A stretch of 64,000 nt of DNA, taken from the NCBI GenBank assembly GCA_963749155.1, contig CAVVLO010000001.1, positions 768,001 to 832,000 of the forward strand, written 5' to 3'. Each line of letters starts with the position of its first letter. Positions within the stretch are counted from its first letter, which is position 1. Positions 29,074 to 39,062 of this stretch are shown one piece after another. Below the pieces are notes generated by a model. It did not search any database and was not told the origin of the DNA. It saw only the letters and a program-made list of their open reading frames with translations. This stretch comes from an uncultured Armatimonadia bacterium. Its GTDB lineage: Bacteria; Armatimonadota; Zipacnadia; CAVVLO01. The position numbers and the translations under genes were made by a program.

Positions 29074-30172
29074 TTACTACTTCCTCTTGTTTTATCGGCA
29101 GTCCGCTGGTGTAAACTTCGCTGCGCGGGGTCTTGCCCGAGGCGACCCAGAGCAACTCATCGAGCGCCTCTATGGCTACCCGCACCATCCCCTCATCAGG
29201 CCGGCGCGTCGTGAACTTCTGGAACATCATCCCAGGCGCCGCCAGCAATCCACCCAGCAAAGTGTCGCGGTACTTACCTGCCAGCTTGAGCAACTCATAC
29301 CCGATGCCCAGGATGAGCGGCAGCATCAGCAGTCTGAGACCAAACCTGACCAGGCCACTGCCCTGCCAGCCCAGGAAGATATGCGCGATTATGCTGACGA
29401 CAATTACCAGAAACAGAAAACTGGTGCCGCACCTTGGATGCAGGGGCGAATACGGCAGCACCTTGTCGGCGGTCAGTTCTTCGCCCGCCTCATAGGCGTT
29501 GATTGTCGCGTGTTCAGCCCCATGAAAAGCAAATACCCGCCTGATCTGCGGCATAAAGCCAATCACAAGCACATACAGGAAGAAAACAATCAGCTTGACG
29601 ATACCTTCAATTATGTTGAGTACGATGACATTTTCCGCATAACTGGCTGTCGAGGGATTGGCCGCTAGCAGCAGTTTCGACAGGTTGGCCACCCAGTTCG
29701 GCAGCCACACGAAAAGCCCAAGCCCAAGCGCCATCGCGGCCAGCATCGTTAGCCCCATCATAAGCGGCGAGATCGGCTTATCGGTTTTTACGGGTTGTTC
29801 TTCTTGTTCAGGCTGCTCGGATTGTCCAGGCTGCTCTTCCAGCTTCTTGCGTTTTTCTTCGGCTAACTCCGCTTCGAGAGTAGCGTTGGCGGAGATATCC
29901 AGGGCCCTGAAGCCTTCGATAAGCGTGTCTACCATCGCGAACACGCCACGTACGAAAGGCAGCCTGGCCAGTTTAGACTTCATATAGCCTGGCTCGTGCT
30001 TTTTATGCAGCAGGCGGACCGACCCATCCTGGCCCAAAAGGCCGATGACGATCCACTCTTTGCTGCGCATCATTATCCCTTCAATAAGCGCCTGGCCCCC
30101 ATAATCGGCCTTGCGCTCCAGGGTAGAACAACTAGACTGTTGGGGCTGCTCCACAGCTTGACTCTCCTTCAT
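29060..30172 (-). CDS. DUF1385 (YqhQ-like) membrane protein
   Basis: GGQA.IEG.MM, P.VRG, F.FHGAEH..I..YE, HPRCGTSF, YE, Q..TT..P. Confidence 0.93.
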   Translation of the reverse strand: MKESQAVEQPQQSSCSTLERKADYGGQALIEGIMMRSKEWIVIGLLGQDGSVRLLHKKHEPGYMKSKLARLPFVRGVFAMVDTLIEGFRALDISANATLEAELAEEKRKKLEEQPGQSEQPEQEEQPVKTDKPISPLMMGLTMLAAMALGLGLFVWLPNWVANLSKLLLAANPSTASYAENVIVLNIIEGIVKLIVFFLYVLVIGFMPQIRRVFAFHGAEHATINAYEAGEELTADKVLPYSPLHPRCGTSFLFLVIVVSIIAHIFLGWQGSGLVRFGLRLLMLPLILGIGYELLKLAGKYRDTLLGGLLAAPGMMFQKFTTRRPDEGMVRVAIEALDELLWVASGKTPRSEVYTSGLPIKQEEVVNGDA

Positions 30173-30803
30173 AACAACGCCCCTCGCTAACACACGGGGG
30201 GCCTGCCAGCTCGAACACGAGTGGGGCAACAGGCTTTACCAGCTCGAGCATCCGCTTGGCCAGGTCGCGTATCTCCCACTGAGCCCGGACGCACAGACGC
30301 AAGCTGAAGAAATGCATCAACTCGCGCGCGTTCATGGTAAAGACGAGTCTCGTAGTCGCCGCGTTCGGTAACACGAACCGGGCATCTTCTTTTTTTACGC
30401 CCAGCTTTACCAGTTCGGCATAAGCTTGCTGGGCGGCTTCAAGCAATCCCTCGAAGACTTCTCTGGCCTCGCCTTTGGCCTCGATACTGCCTGGCGTCAC
30501 GGTTTCAAAGCCCTCTTCAAAGGAAACATACCGCTGAGATTGCTGCGAAAAAGAGGCGATGCGGTGGCGCACCAATTGGTGCGAGGCGGCGCGCGAAAGG
30601 CCATCCACTCCGAAGGTGAAGCTGGCGTGCTCGAAGACCGACAGATGCCTGGAACCCCGCAGCATCAAAATCATCCGCTCGATCTGCGCCTCATCCAGCC
30701 TGGCCCAGATCTCCTCGATGGGACTGCCTGAGTAACAGACCCTCGCCGCGCAGGCTATCACGCGTTCGGGCTGGGGGGTGTGGGCCAGCAGTGTTACCTG
30801 CAT
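30132..30803 (-). CDS. thyX: FAD-dependent thymidylate synthase
   Basis: H.SVFEH, SRAASHQLVRHRIASFSQQSQRY, EDARFVLP, MNAREL..F..LR.C.RAQWEIR. Confidence 0.97.
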   Translation of the reverse strand: MQVTLLAHTPQPERVIACAARVCYSGSPIEEIWARLDEAQIERMILMLRGSRHLSVFEHASFTFGVDGLSRAASHQLVRHRIASFSQQSQRYVSFEEGFETVTPGSIEAKGEAREVFEGLLEAAQQAYAELVKLGVKKEDARFVLPNAATTRLVFTMNARELMHFFSLRLCVRAQWEIRDLAKRMLELVKPVAPLVFELAGPPCVSEGRCYEGESSCGAAPTV

Positions 30804-30832
30804 TAGCGCTCGCTTCCTCATATCGAAAATGG

Positions 30833-30862
30833 GCAAGCCAGCGCATCTCGGCGCTGGCTTGC
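30833..30862 (-). terminator. hairpin/terminator downstream of rpmE
   Basis: GCAAGCCAGCGC-N6-GCGCTGGCTTGC perfect 12-bp stem; weak U tract. Confidence 0.55.
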
Positions 30863-30885
30863 TGAAGCTCGCGGGCTGGCTGTGC

Positions 30886-31098
30886 CTATTTCTGGTCGAG
30901 GAATTTGCTAAACCGCTTGTTGAACCGCTCCACGCGGCCAGCGCTGTCCATTATCTTCTGCTTGCCAGTGTAAAACGGATGGCAGGCCCCACAGATTTCG
31001 ACCTTCAGCTCAGGCACGGTGCCGCCTGTGATAAACTCGTTGCCGCAAGCGCAAGCTACCTTGCACTCCATGTATTCGGGATGGATGCCCTTCTTCAC
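30886..31098 (-). CDS. rpmE: 50S ribosomal protein L31 (zinc-binding type)
   Basis: KKGIHPEY...CACG...[27 protein letters not shown]. Confidence 0.98.
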   Translation of the reverse strand: MKKGIHPEYMECKVACACGNEFITGGTVPELKVEICGACHPFYTGKQKIMDSAGRVERFNKRFSKFLDQK

Positions 31099-31206
31099 TT
31101 TACTTGCCTCCAAAACACTAGACGAAAAAAGCGGTCAAATAACCGCCGGGCCGTATGTTATCATAAGCTCGAACAGCGCGCAACACCAGGAGGGGCTGCT
31201 TCGGCC

Positions 31207-32589
31207 ATGCGACGCCACCTTATGCCTGTGATCGGTTTATTCGTGCTTTGTTGCCTGCCAGGGCTTGCCAGGGCGGCGGTCCACGAGGCGATGGAAGCCT
31301 GGCGCTTGCCGCTGCCTGCCCCTTTCGGCAGCCTGCTCAGCCTGCCCGAGTGCGACTGGGCGCTGCTTGTGGACGAGGGCCAGACGGGCGGCCAACTGCT
31401 GGAACTGCCGCGCGCGCGCTTCGCTAATCGTATCGAAAACCTCGAGCCGCCTCTTTCACTGCTGATGTGGAAACAGCAACTCCTCCTGATCGAGAACTAC
31501 GGGCGCCGGGCTCGCTCGCTGCCTTCGGGGGAGGTGCTGTGGGAGCGCGAAACGCCCGCCTTCTGTCTCGAGGCTGGCGCGCCGACTCTTGCCCCTGCCC
31601 TGGTCGTCGAGCAAGACACCTTGTGGGGCTGGGCTCTCAGTGGTACTGCGGCCTTCACCAAATGGCAGGCTTTCGGGACCTTCTTCCTGCGAGGCATAAG
31701 CCTTGCGACAGGTGAAACCACCGCCGAAGTTGGCCCCTTTGGCCCGCCTGGAGCGCCTTCCGACTCCGAGCTTGCCGCTTTGACGGCTATTGGGGGCTCT
31801 GAGCGACGCGTTCAAAAGCTCATAAAACCCGAGCTTGGTTTCGGCTTGCCCGACTGGCTCGGACGCCAGTTTGCCTTCCAGCGCACGGCGGACCTTGCCA
31901 TAATGCCCTTCGACAATTGGGTGCTGCTGCCTGCGGCTACCGGCTGGTTGCTGGCTGCAGCCGATGGGAAAACAGTGCTAACCCCCCAGGATGATTGGTC
32001 TGACGAGACTCAGCGTGGCTTCGAGGCGCTTTGGCAGCGCCAGGGCTCCGTTATCAAGCTGGCCAGAGAAACCCTTCCCCAGTTGATGGACAATGACGCT
32101 ACCCTCTCCAAGCATTATTGCCTGGCTTTGGGCAACCATATGCTGACCGTTAACGATGACGACGTTAACCTGGTGGACGAAGATGCGATGGATGTCTGGT
32201 ATAAAGGGCCCAAGCCTCTAAAGCCTGCCCATCCGGTCTATTCCATCGAACGCAAGCCTGGCCCTGGAGAACTGCTTCTCGACCTGCCAGGCCCTGTGCC
32301 AATGCCTGGAGAGCCGCTGGCCTTCCGCATCGCCTGGCCTTTCCTTCTGGATTGGAGCTCCAGCACGATGCTGGTAGCCAATCGTCTCGGAGAAGTCAGC
32401 GGCGTGTCACTCACCGGCGGGGTTGCGCGCTGGAGTTACAAACCAGACAGCCCAGTGTTGCGCTCGGATGCCCTGGTAAGATGGGGGCTTGATACCCGCC
32501 GAGGTCTTGCGCTGCTGCTTGAGAAGACCGAACTGACCGCCATCAAGTGTCGCGCGCTACCGGAAGACCTCATCAGGCCTTCAGACTAG
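31207..32589 (+). CDS. secreted hypothetical protein with a few PQQ-like repeats
   Basis: AGGAGG SD, signal peptide, SGEVLWE, TGE, TGGVARW repeats. Confidence 0.55.
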   Translation: MRRHLMPVIGLFVLCCLPGLARAAVHEAMEAWRLPLPAPFGSLLSLPECDWALLVDEGQTGGQLLELPRARFANRIENLEPPLSLLMWKQQLLLIENYGRRARSLPSGEVLWERETPAFCLEAGAPTLAPALVVEQDTLWGWALSGTAAFTKWQAFGTFFLRGISLATGETTAEVGPFGPPGAPSDSELAALTAIGGSERRVQKLIKPELGFGLPDWLGRQFAFQRTADLAIMPFDNWVLLPAATGWLLAAADGKTVLTPQDDWSDETQRGFEALWQRQGSVIKLARETLPQLMDNDATLSKHYCLALGNHMLTVNDDDVNLVDEDAMDVWYKGPKPLKPAHPVYSIERKPGPGELLLDLPGPVPMPGEPLAFRIAWPFLLDWSSSTMLVANRLGEVSGVSLTGGVARWSYKPDSPVLRSDALVRWGLDTRRGLALLLEKTELTAIKCRALPEDLIRPSD

Positions 32590-32590
32590 A

Positions 32591-34534
32591 CTAGATAAAG
32601 AAGACTTCATGGCCTCGCGAGCCGGTGAAGGTGTCCACGGCTATCCAGATTATGTTCACGGTAAATTGTCCGAGGATCAAGCCCAGGAAGGCCGGCCTCA
32701 TCAGGCGGTAATACCTTAGTCCCCCATATCGCAGGATAAGCACTTTGAGTACCCAGGCAATGAAAGCGCACAGCCACTGCTGGTCCATAAGCCAGACGCT
32801 GCCAATGGCAAATCCCAGCGGATGCAAGGGCCACCACAAAAAGCGCACCCGCATAAAGGACAGGAAGGCCAGAAAGGCAGCTCCCCCCGCCATCAGGCCG
32901 ATGGTGCTGGTTTTTATGGGAACGGGATGGTCAATCAGGTTGGTGACCCACTTGTAGGGCATCTGCGGCCCGTCTATGAAGAACCACCCATGCAGCCCGG
33001 CGCCGCCGATGGTGTAAGCAAGTCTCATGACATAGAAGATGGCAGCCACCAGAGTGACCGCCGCCGCGACCATAATCCACAGCAGCAGGCCGCGCAGCCG
33101 CCCTCCCGAGTCCTCAACCACTTTTAGCCCGTGAGAGGTGGAGGCCATAACATGGGTGCGCAGGTCGGCGGCATAGGGATAGGTCAGCGCCAGCGCCATC
33201 AAGCCTTGCGGCCCCAGCCTGGGCGAACCCAGCACCGCTACCGTCATATCCGAGGCGGTCGTTGGCGCCACCGCCTCAGCAAAACCGCCCTCTACGACGA
33301 CGCGCGTCAGCCCCAGGAAGATAGCCATCATAAAAGTGACGACCAGCACTGCCGGTAGTACTCCCAGCCCAGTCCATACAATCCAGGCGACCAGCAGAGC
33401 AAAGCCAAGCCCCGCTCCCGCAAACAGCACCCGGTAGGAGGCTACCTCATCCGCGTCGTAGTCCTTGCCGCCCTTGCCCAGCGCGCACTGCCAGGCCGAG
33501 GCAAGATGCCCTCTGGCCGTCCAGAAGTTGGTCACAACCAGCGCCACCATCGCCCCTTCACCAATATGCTTGAAGGGCGCGAAGGCCACGCCATACACGC
33601 TGGTCGCCTCGCTGAAGTCGAGGGCCAGCAGCACCAGTATGCCACGCGCAAGCCAGTAAAGCCGGTTGAAAGCCCACAGGCTGAACAGGGCGTCCTTGTT
33701 GACCAGGTAGAAGAATCCCAGCATCGGGAAGCTGAGCCTGAAGATCACCAGCACGCTGTTCTTGAAGGTCATAAAACCCTTGACCATCGTGGGCGCTGGC
33801 ACAGCAGGATAGAAATAATGGAATCCGCTTAGCATCCCCACGGTGAAGGGTATCGCAAAGCCAAGCCATAGCATCTTGTTGCGCATAAGCCCTGGCGCGT
33901 TGTTGGCCAGTTCAAGCGGAAGCTGGGCGACCGGATAAGCCAGTCTCTCGCGACTCGACCACTGGCGATGCAGCAGGCTCGCAAGGCAGGCCATCGTGAA
34001 GTAAAGCACCAGAGTTAGCACGAGCCACCAGGCCAGGGGCTGTGCCCACGCAAGCCAGGGTATCTTTGCCCCTGGCCCCGCCCCTTCGAAGAAAAGCCTT
34101 ACGGCCGTTTCGTCGTGGGGGGTAAGCTGAGGCCTGATAAGTGGCGCAAGCACCTGGTCCCATTTGTTTTCGAGGGTCGCGTAATACACAGGCGCGGTGA
34201 TTATCGGCAGCAGTTGGCCGCCGAAGCCCATCACGGGGATGGCATTGGCGACCACCATCAGCGCGTAGGCGACCCCGAGTTCGGCAGAGGAGAGAGCTTT
34301 GGCAGGCGCGAAACGACGCAGCAGTCCATTCACAACCGTCGCCAGGAAGAACAGCAGCAGCAGGGCGCCCGGGGTGCTGAAATCATAGTCGAGGTTGCTG
34401 CCCATAAGCACCAGGGCGGCGTGAGGCGCGGCAAAAGCTATCGCAAGCGACCCGAGCAATCCAAGCACTACGGCCCGTTTCGTCAGGCCGCCTCGGATTG
34501 CTCCCGGCACTTTCGCTTGTCTGGCCTGCTCCAA
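32591..34534 (-). CDS. large polytopic membrane protein, DUF6785/DUF6784-like putative transporter
   Basis: ~16 TMs; W..W..PL..W, RQW...ERL.YP...LP, WWPLHPLG, K..ILRYGG...Y....P.FLG.I.G motifs (family recalled, not searched). Confidence 0.7.
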   Translation of the reverse strand: MEQARQAKVPGAIRGGLTKRAVVLGLLGSLAIAFAAPHAALVLMGSNLDYDFSTPGALLLLFFLATVVNGLLRRFAPAKALSSAELGVAYALMVVANAIPVMGFGGQLLPIITAPVYYATLENKWDQVLAPLIRPQLTPHDETAVRLFFEGAGPGAKIPWLAWAQPLAWWLVLTLVLYFTMACLASLLHRQWSSRERLAYPVAQLPLELANNAPGLMRNKMLWLGFAIPFTVGMLSGFHYFYPAVPAPTMVKGFMTFKNSVLVIFRLSFPMLGFFYLVNKDALFSLWAFNRLYWLARGILVLLALDFSEATSVYGVAFAPFKHIGEGAMVALVVTNFWTARGHLASAWQCALGKGGKDYDADEVASYRVLFAGAGLGFALLVAWIVWTGLGVLPAVLVVTFMMAIFLGLTRVVVEGGFAEAVAPTTASDMTVAVLGSPRLGPQGLMALALTYPYAADLRTHVMASTSHGLKVVEDSGGRLRGLLLWIMVAAAVTLVAAIFYVMRLAYTIGGAGLHGWFFIDGPQMPYKWVTNLIDHPVPIKTSTIGLMAGGAAFLAFLSFMRVRFLWWPLHPLGFAIGSVWLMDQQWLCAFIAWVLKVLILRYGGLRYYRLMRPAFLGLILGQFTVNIIWIAVDTFTGSRGHEVFFI

Positions 34535-34543
34535 AGCCCTCCC

Positions 34544-35465
34544 TTAGCGCGAAAGCGAAGTCAGATACTCAAGTACCGTCTCGCCGACCTCATCGAGCGA
34601 TGCGGCAGAACAAGCCTCAGGCTTGTCGTCCATCGTATGCCACTGGGGGTAGTCAAAATCAATGATATCAATTGCCTCTACCCCCGCAAGCTGCAAGGGC
34701 CGATGGTCATCGTAGATCTCGCCCCAACTGCCAGAGAGGAAGTGCTTCGCCCCCGCGCGCCTTGCCGCCTGCCAGACCGCTGCTTGAAGCCTCGGCGCCG
34801 AGGTCTGGGAATAGCCTTCCTGCTGGATGCCCAGATTCGTGTCCCCAATCATATCCAGGATGATTGCCTGCTCTGGTAACTCGGTTTTCGAATTGAAGGC
34901 GTAGTGAAAAGACCCCTGGCAGAAGTCGTAGATATTTCGCCCCGCATCCTCGGCGTCGAAAAAAGCCAAATCCACCGCAAAAGGTTGGGGGTTGGCCTTC
35001 AAGAAGCGCGCTAGCTCCAGCAGCACCGCCACGCCCGAGGCCCCGTCGTTGGCGCCGAGGATGGGCTTGCTGTGGTTGGCCTGGTCCAGGTCAAGGTCAG
35101 CCCAGGGTCGTGTGTCAAAGTGGGCGCCCAGGAGCAGTCTGGCCTTGCCCTCCACCGGCCCGAACCGTCCGATGATATTGCGAGAGGGCACCAGGCGGCC
35201 TTCCAGTTTCATGTTGAAAGGCTGAGTGGTGATCGTCGCGCCGGATTCCTCCAGCTTGGTTTTTATGTAGAGGATGCACTTGGCATGGGCTTCACTACCG
35301 GGCGGGCGAGGCCCCAGCTCGCACTGGGCCATCAGGTCAGCCCAGGCGCGCTCGGAGTTGAAACGATCGGGCGGTGTCAGCTGCGCCAGGGCCCACCAGC
35401 CGATTGCCAGCAGCATAGTCAGCACCACGGCGCCGCCTGCTAGTAGCAAGAGGCCTGCTGTTCAT
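34544..35465 (-). CDS. M28-family peptidase/glutaminyl cyclase-like, membrane-anchored (probable 1-nt insertion just after the start)
   Basis: GPR.PGS, AHFDTRP.AD, GANDGASGV, FDAED, LDMIGD, DDH.P, WHT..D; ATG overlapping the upstream TGA is one base out of frame. Confidence 0.88.
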
Positions 35466-36199
35466 TGGCCGAACTCCAGTCTGCCCGCGAGTACCCATGG
35501 CAATCCCGCCAGAAGGATCTTCTGTTTGGCTGCTTCCACCTCATAATCGAGGCGATAGTTGGTGAAAGTGCGCACGTCGGTATCCAGCAGCACAAAACTG
35601 GCCCTCGGGTCCCCATCGCGAGGCTGCCCTACGCTGCCCACATTTATTATATAGCGAAAAGCCTCGTCCATCTCGACGGCCTCGTTGGCTCGCAAGACTC
35701 GCTTGTCAGGCCAGGCGCCAGCCAGATCGCTCTTGTACCACTCGGCGACGTGACTGTGCCCGATGAACAGGCCGTGAGCCTCTTCCATCAGGTCGAAGTT
35801 GGTTCCCGCATCGCCCTCGGTCAGCACATAAGCCCAGTCAGGCTCCAGGGAAGAATGGGCAAGCAGGAAATCTTCAAGCTCGCCCAGCGGCTCCAGCCTG
35901 GCCAGGAACTCCCGGGAGGACGCCTCCAGTCTGCTGGCGGTCCAGTCGATAGCCTCTTTGGCGAACCGGTTGAACCGCTCGGCCTCTTCGCCATCCAGCG
36001 CCGCGGCGTCGTGGTTACCGAGCAACACCTGCTGGCATCTCTCGGCAATCAGCGCGACGCATTCGTTGGGGTTGGCCCCATACCCGACCACATCGCCCAG
36101 GCACACCACCTGGTCGGGGGCTAGTTCATCCAGCCTGGCCATCACCGCGGTTAGAGCTTCCAGATTACCGTGGATATCCGAAATTAGGGCGTAACGCAT
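35462..36199 (-). CDS. calcineurin-like metallophosphoesterase (YfcE/PP-like)
   Basis: SDIHGN, LGD.VGYG..PNEC, GNHD, GHSH, INVGSVGQPRDGDPRA. Confidence 0.93.
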   Translation of the reverse strand: MRYALISDIHGNLEALTAVMARLDELAPDQVVCLGDVVGYGANPNECVALIAERCQQVLLGNHDAAALDGEEAERFNRFAKEAIDWTASRLEASSREFLARLEPLGELEDFLLAHSSLEPDWAYVLTEGDAGTNFDLMEEAHGLFIGHSHVAEWYKSDLAGAWPDKRVLRANEAVEMDEAFRYIINVGSVGQPRDGDPRASFVLLDTDVRTFTNYRLDYEVEAAKQKILLAGLPWVLAGRLEFGQ

Positions 36200-36222
36200 T
36201 GCCACTGGCTCCTGTGTCCAAT

Positions 36223-36260
36223 AAAAAAGGACGACCCGAGGTGCTCCACGGGTCGCCCTC
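36223..36260 (-). terminator. intrinsic terminator after the redoxin pair
   Basis: minus strand GAGGGCGACCCG-N10-CGGGTCGTCCTT + TTTT. Confidence 0.65.
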
Positions 36261-36305
36261 TGCCTCTCACTATACCACCAGGGGAAGAAAAAACGCAGCC
36301 ACCTG

Positions 36306-36869
36306 TTACAGCAAAGGTTGGATGGCGACGTCGAGGCGCTTCACCCCGCCCATCGCCACGAAGTGCTGCTGAATGGCGCCCTTCCGATTCAGCACGAAAA
36401 GCGCAGGCCAGGCATGGATGCCACCCCAGGCCTCGTTCATGGATTCGGGCACTAACATCACGGGCACGTCACGTAGTTCTCCAGAGGCGAATCTGCGCGC
36501 TTCGGTCTCCTCCGGGTCGATGTACAGCACAACGATTCGCACCCCGCGGTCGTAGTACTTACGCTGCAGCTCGAGTACCGACTTGAAGTCCTTCGGCACC
36601 CGGCTCTTCTCCTGTGCGAGCGCCACTACGACCACGACGACCTTGCCTTTGTAGCTTGCCAGATCGAAGGGCTTGCCTGCGAGAGTGGCGCCCTTCACCT
36701 CAGGCGCCTGCATCCCGCGCGTGCCTCCCCACATGGGCGGGTTGTTCGGAAAGCTTGAAACCGGCGGTGATGGGGCTGAGGCCTGCTCTGGCTTTTCACA
36801 CCCCACCAGGGCAAGGCCCAAAAGCCCAACCAAAACCCCTGACACAACCCACTTCTGTGTTCCGCGCAT
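36306..36869 (-). CDS. TlpA-like redoxin lipoprotein lacking the CxxC motif
   Basis: Lipobox LVGC; AP...G.TL.G.PFDL..YKGKVV and LQ.KY..G match the neighbour, but the WCGPC position reads LAQEKS. Confidence 0.75.
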   Translation of the reverse strand: MRGTQKWVVSGVLVGLLGLALVGCEKPEQASAPSPPVSSFPNNPPMWGGTRGMQAPEVKGATLAGKPFDLASYKGKVVVVVVALAQEKSRVPKDFKSVLELQRKYYDRGVRIVVLYIDPEETEARRFASGELRDVPVMLVPESMNEAWGGIHAWPALFVLNRKGAIQQHFVAMGGVKRLDVAIQPLL

Positions 36870-36908
36870 ATGGATCGCTTCCCATTGGGCTAAGTATTAA
36901 GCCACCTG

Positions 36909-37547
36909 TTACAGCAGTGCCTCGATGGCTGCTTCCAGTTCTTGCGGTGAGGCCGGGCCCAGATAATCGTGCCGGATGACGCCTTCCTTATCGAGAAGAT
37001 AAGCGGTCGGTATGCCTTCGATTTCTCCCCAGGCTTCTGCAACGGAGGGGGGCACTACAAGAATCGGATAGTTTATTCCTTCACTTTTTACGAAATCCTC
37101 GACTTTGCCCTCGTTTCTGTCCAGCGAGAATCCTATAACCTGAAAACCTTTGTCGCCGTATTTATTCTGGAGTGCGATCAAGTCGGGGATACCCCTGACG
37201 CAAGGCCCGCACCAGGTTGCCCAGAAGTCGACCATTACGACTTTGCCTTTGTAGTCTTCCAGGTCGAAGGGCTGTCCATCAAGGGTGCTGCCTGTGACCT
37301 TAGGAGCCACAACTCCCTTTGGAGCACCTTTGAAACTGCCTTCGACCAGAACAGCCTCATTCGAAGCTTCATTACCCTCACTTGATGAGGGGCTTTGTTC
37401 AGGCTGGGGAGCCATATCGGTGGTGGGAGCGCCTGAGGGCGTCTCGGGCGCGCCAGTAGTTTTCTTTGGGCCGCAGCCGGATGCCAGCAAGGCGGCCAGG
37501 GCTAAGACCAGAAGTAGGACAAATACAGACCTTGAAAACAATTTCAT
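36909..37547 (-). CDS. TlpA/ResA thiol-disulfide oxidoreductase lipoprotein
   Basis: Lipobox ASGC; DFWATWCGPC, GIPT.YL.D..G. Confidence 0.93.
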   Translation of the reverse strand: MKLFSRSVFVLLLVLALAALLASGCGPKKTTGAPETPSGAPTTDMAPQPEQSPSSSEGNEASNEAVLVEGSFKGAPKGVVAPKVTGSTLDGQPFDLEDYKGKVVMVDFWATWCGPCVRGIPDLIALQNKYGDKGFQVIGFSLDRNEGKVEDFVKSEGINYPILVVPPSVAEAWGEIEGIPTAYLLDKEGVIRHDYLGPASPQELEAAIEALL

Positions 37548-37738
37548 TCAGGTTCCTCCTTGGGAACAGGCTCTTTTGATTATACGCATAACACAGATTG
37601 GAGGTTAGTTTATCCCAATCCGGAGCGACTTGTTACCCCACAGGCAGGAAGGCTTCGCCTTGCGCCGAAATCACTCCCTGTGTTATAAACCGGCAGCTTT
37701 AGAGTGCGACTTGGGCCCTGGCCCAGGAGGTCTGGAGA

Positions 37739-38050
37739 TTGCCTTCCTTCACGTTTCACAGGGAGTTCCGCACCGCGACTTCCGAGCAGTACACCATCTA
37801 TCGTGGCGAGGCCGAAGTCGGCATCGTTGATTTGCATATCCGAGAGGACAGGACTCGCGTGCTTGTCGTTATAACCGGACCGCTGCCCGAAGGCGCCGAA
37901 GACGACCTGACCGAGGCCATAGAGGACGAATTGCTCGAGTCGACCGCGCCGGAGGGTCTTGCGCCCGAGGTGGATGTCGAACTCTTTCGCGGAGAGCGTC
38001 TGGCCGTCTTCACCGACGCTCCCGCCCCACATGGCGATGACGACGACTAG
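37739..38050 (+). CDS. small acidic hypothetical protein
   Basis: AGGAGG/GGAG SD before TTG, protein-like composition, stops just before the permease genes. Confidence 0.6.
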   Translation: MPSFTFHREFRTATSEQYTIYRGEAEVGIVDLHIREDRTRVLVVITGPLPEGAEDDLTEAIEDELLESTAPEGLAPEVDVELFRGERLAVFTDAPAPHGDDDD

Positions 38051-38087
38051 CTAGACTAACCTGCAAGCGGCGAGGCGCGCCTCTGGA

Positions 38088-39059
38088 ATGGGATTATCAC
38101 CCAGGCAGATACGTAAAATCAGGGAAACCGCGACGGGCTACGCTTTTCTGACGCCCAACATTATCGGCTTCCTTGTTTTCACCTTTCTGCCTATCATCGC
38201 GGCTTTCTGGCTCAGCCTCGTCAAGTGGGACGTCATCAGCGGCTTCGAGCTTTCCAAGATGCAGTTTGTGGGGCTGGGCAACTTCGAGAAGCTGCTGGGC
38301 TTCCAGGTCGTGAACGGCGTCATAAAGCCCAACGACCCCAAGTTTTGGTACTATATGTACAACACGGCCTTTATGATGATTGGCATCCCGCTTGGGATGG
38401 CTGGCTCCCTGGCTGTGGCGCTGCTTATGAATCAGAAGCTCAAGGGCATCAGCATCTTCCGCACCGCTTTCTTCCTGCCGACCATCTCCTCCATCGTGGC
38501 CATCGCGCTGCTGTGGAAGTGGATTTATAGCCCCGATTATGGCCTTATCAACGCGCTGCTTACCTACGGCGTCCATATAGGCCCCTTGCACCTGCATATC
38601 CCTGATCCGCCCAAGTGGCTGGCCAGCAAGGAATGGGCCAAGCCTGCCATCATCCTGATGTGGCTGTGGCGCGATATCGGCGGTTACAACTGCATCCTCT
38701 ACCTGGCGGGGCTGCAACAGATCCCCGAAGAGCTTTACGAGGCGGCCGATATTGACGGGGCGGGCTCGCTAGCGAAGTTCAAGGCAATCACGCTGCCGAT
38801 GCTTTCGCCGACGACTTTCTTCATTTTGACGATGAGCCTCATCGGTGGCTTCCAGGGCGGCTTCACCGAGGCCTATCTGATGACCGAGGGCGGGCCTGCC
38901 GGCTCGACCACGACGGTAATGTATTACATCTATTCCAATGGTTTCCAGTGGTTCAAGATGGGCTACGCGGCGGCGCTTTCGGTGACGCTGTTCGCTGCGG
39001 TGTTCGTCTCGACCCTCTTCAACTGGCGGTTCGGCGGCAGGCTGGTGTATTACTCCTAA
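38088..39059 (+). CDS. carbohydrate ABC transporter permease (MalF/UgpA type)
   Basis: F.GL.NF, FRTAFFLP, G.IN, LAGLQQIP.ELYEAA.IDGA (EAA loop), GGP. Confidence 0.95.
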   Translation: MGLSPRQIRKIRETATGYAFLTPNIIGFLVFTFLPIIAAFWLSLVKWDVISGFELSKMQFVGLGNFEKLLGFQVVNGVIKPNDPKFWYYMYNTAFMMIGIPLGMAGSLAVALLMNQKLKGISIFRTAFFLPTISSIVAIALLWKWIYSPDYGLINALLTYGVHIGPLHLHIPDPPKWLASKEWAKPAIILMWLWRDIGGYNCILYLAGLQQIPEELYEAADIDGAGSLAKFKAITLPMLSPTTFFILTMSLIGGFQGGFTEAYLMTEGGPAGSTTTVMYYIYSNGFQWFKMGYAAALSVTLFAAVFVSTLFNWRFGGRLVYYS

Positions 39060-39062
39060 ATT

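Noticed and set aside
30778..31206. N-terminal 143 aa of the 603-aa ORF
   Set aside because: Antisense to rpmE; the real start is ATG 31207 with AGGAGG SD and signal peptide.
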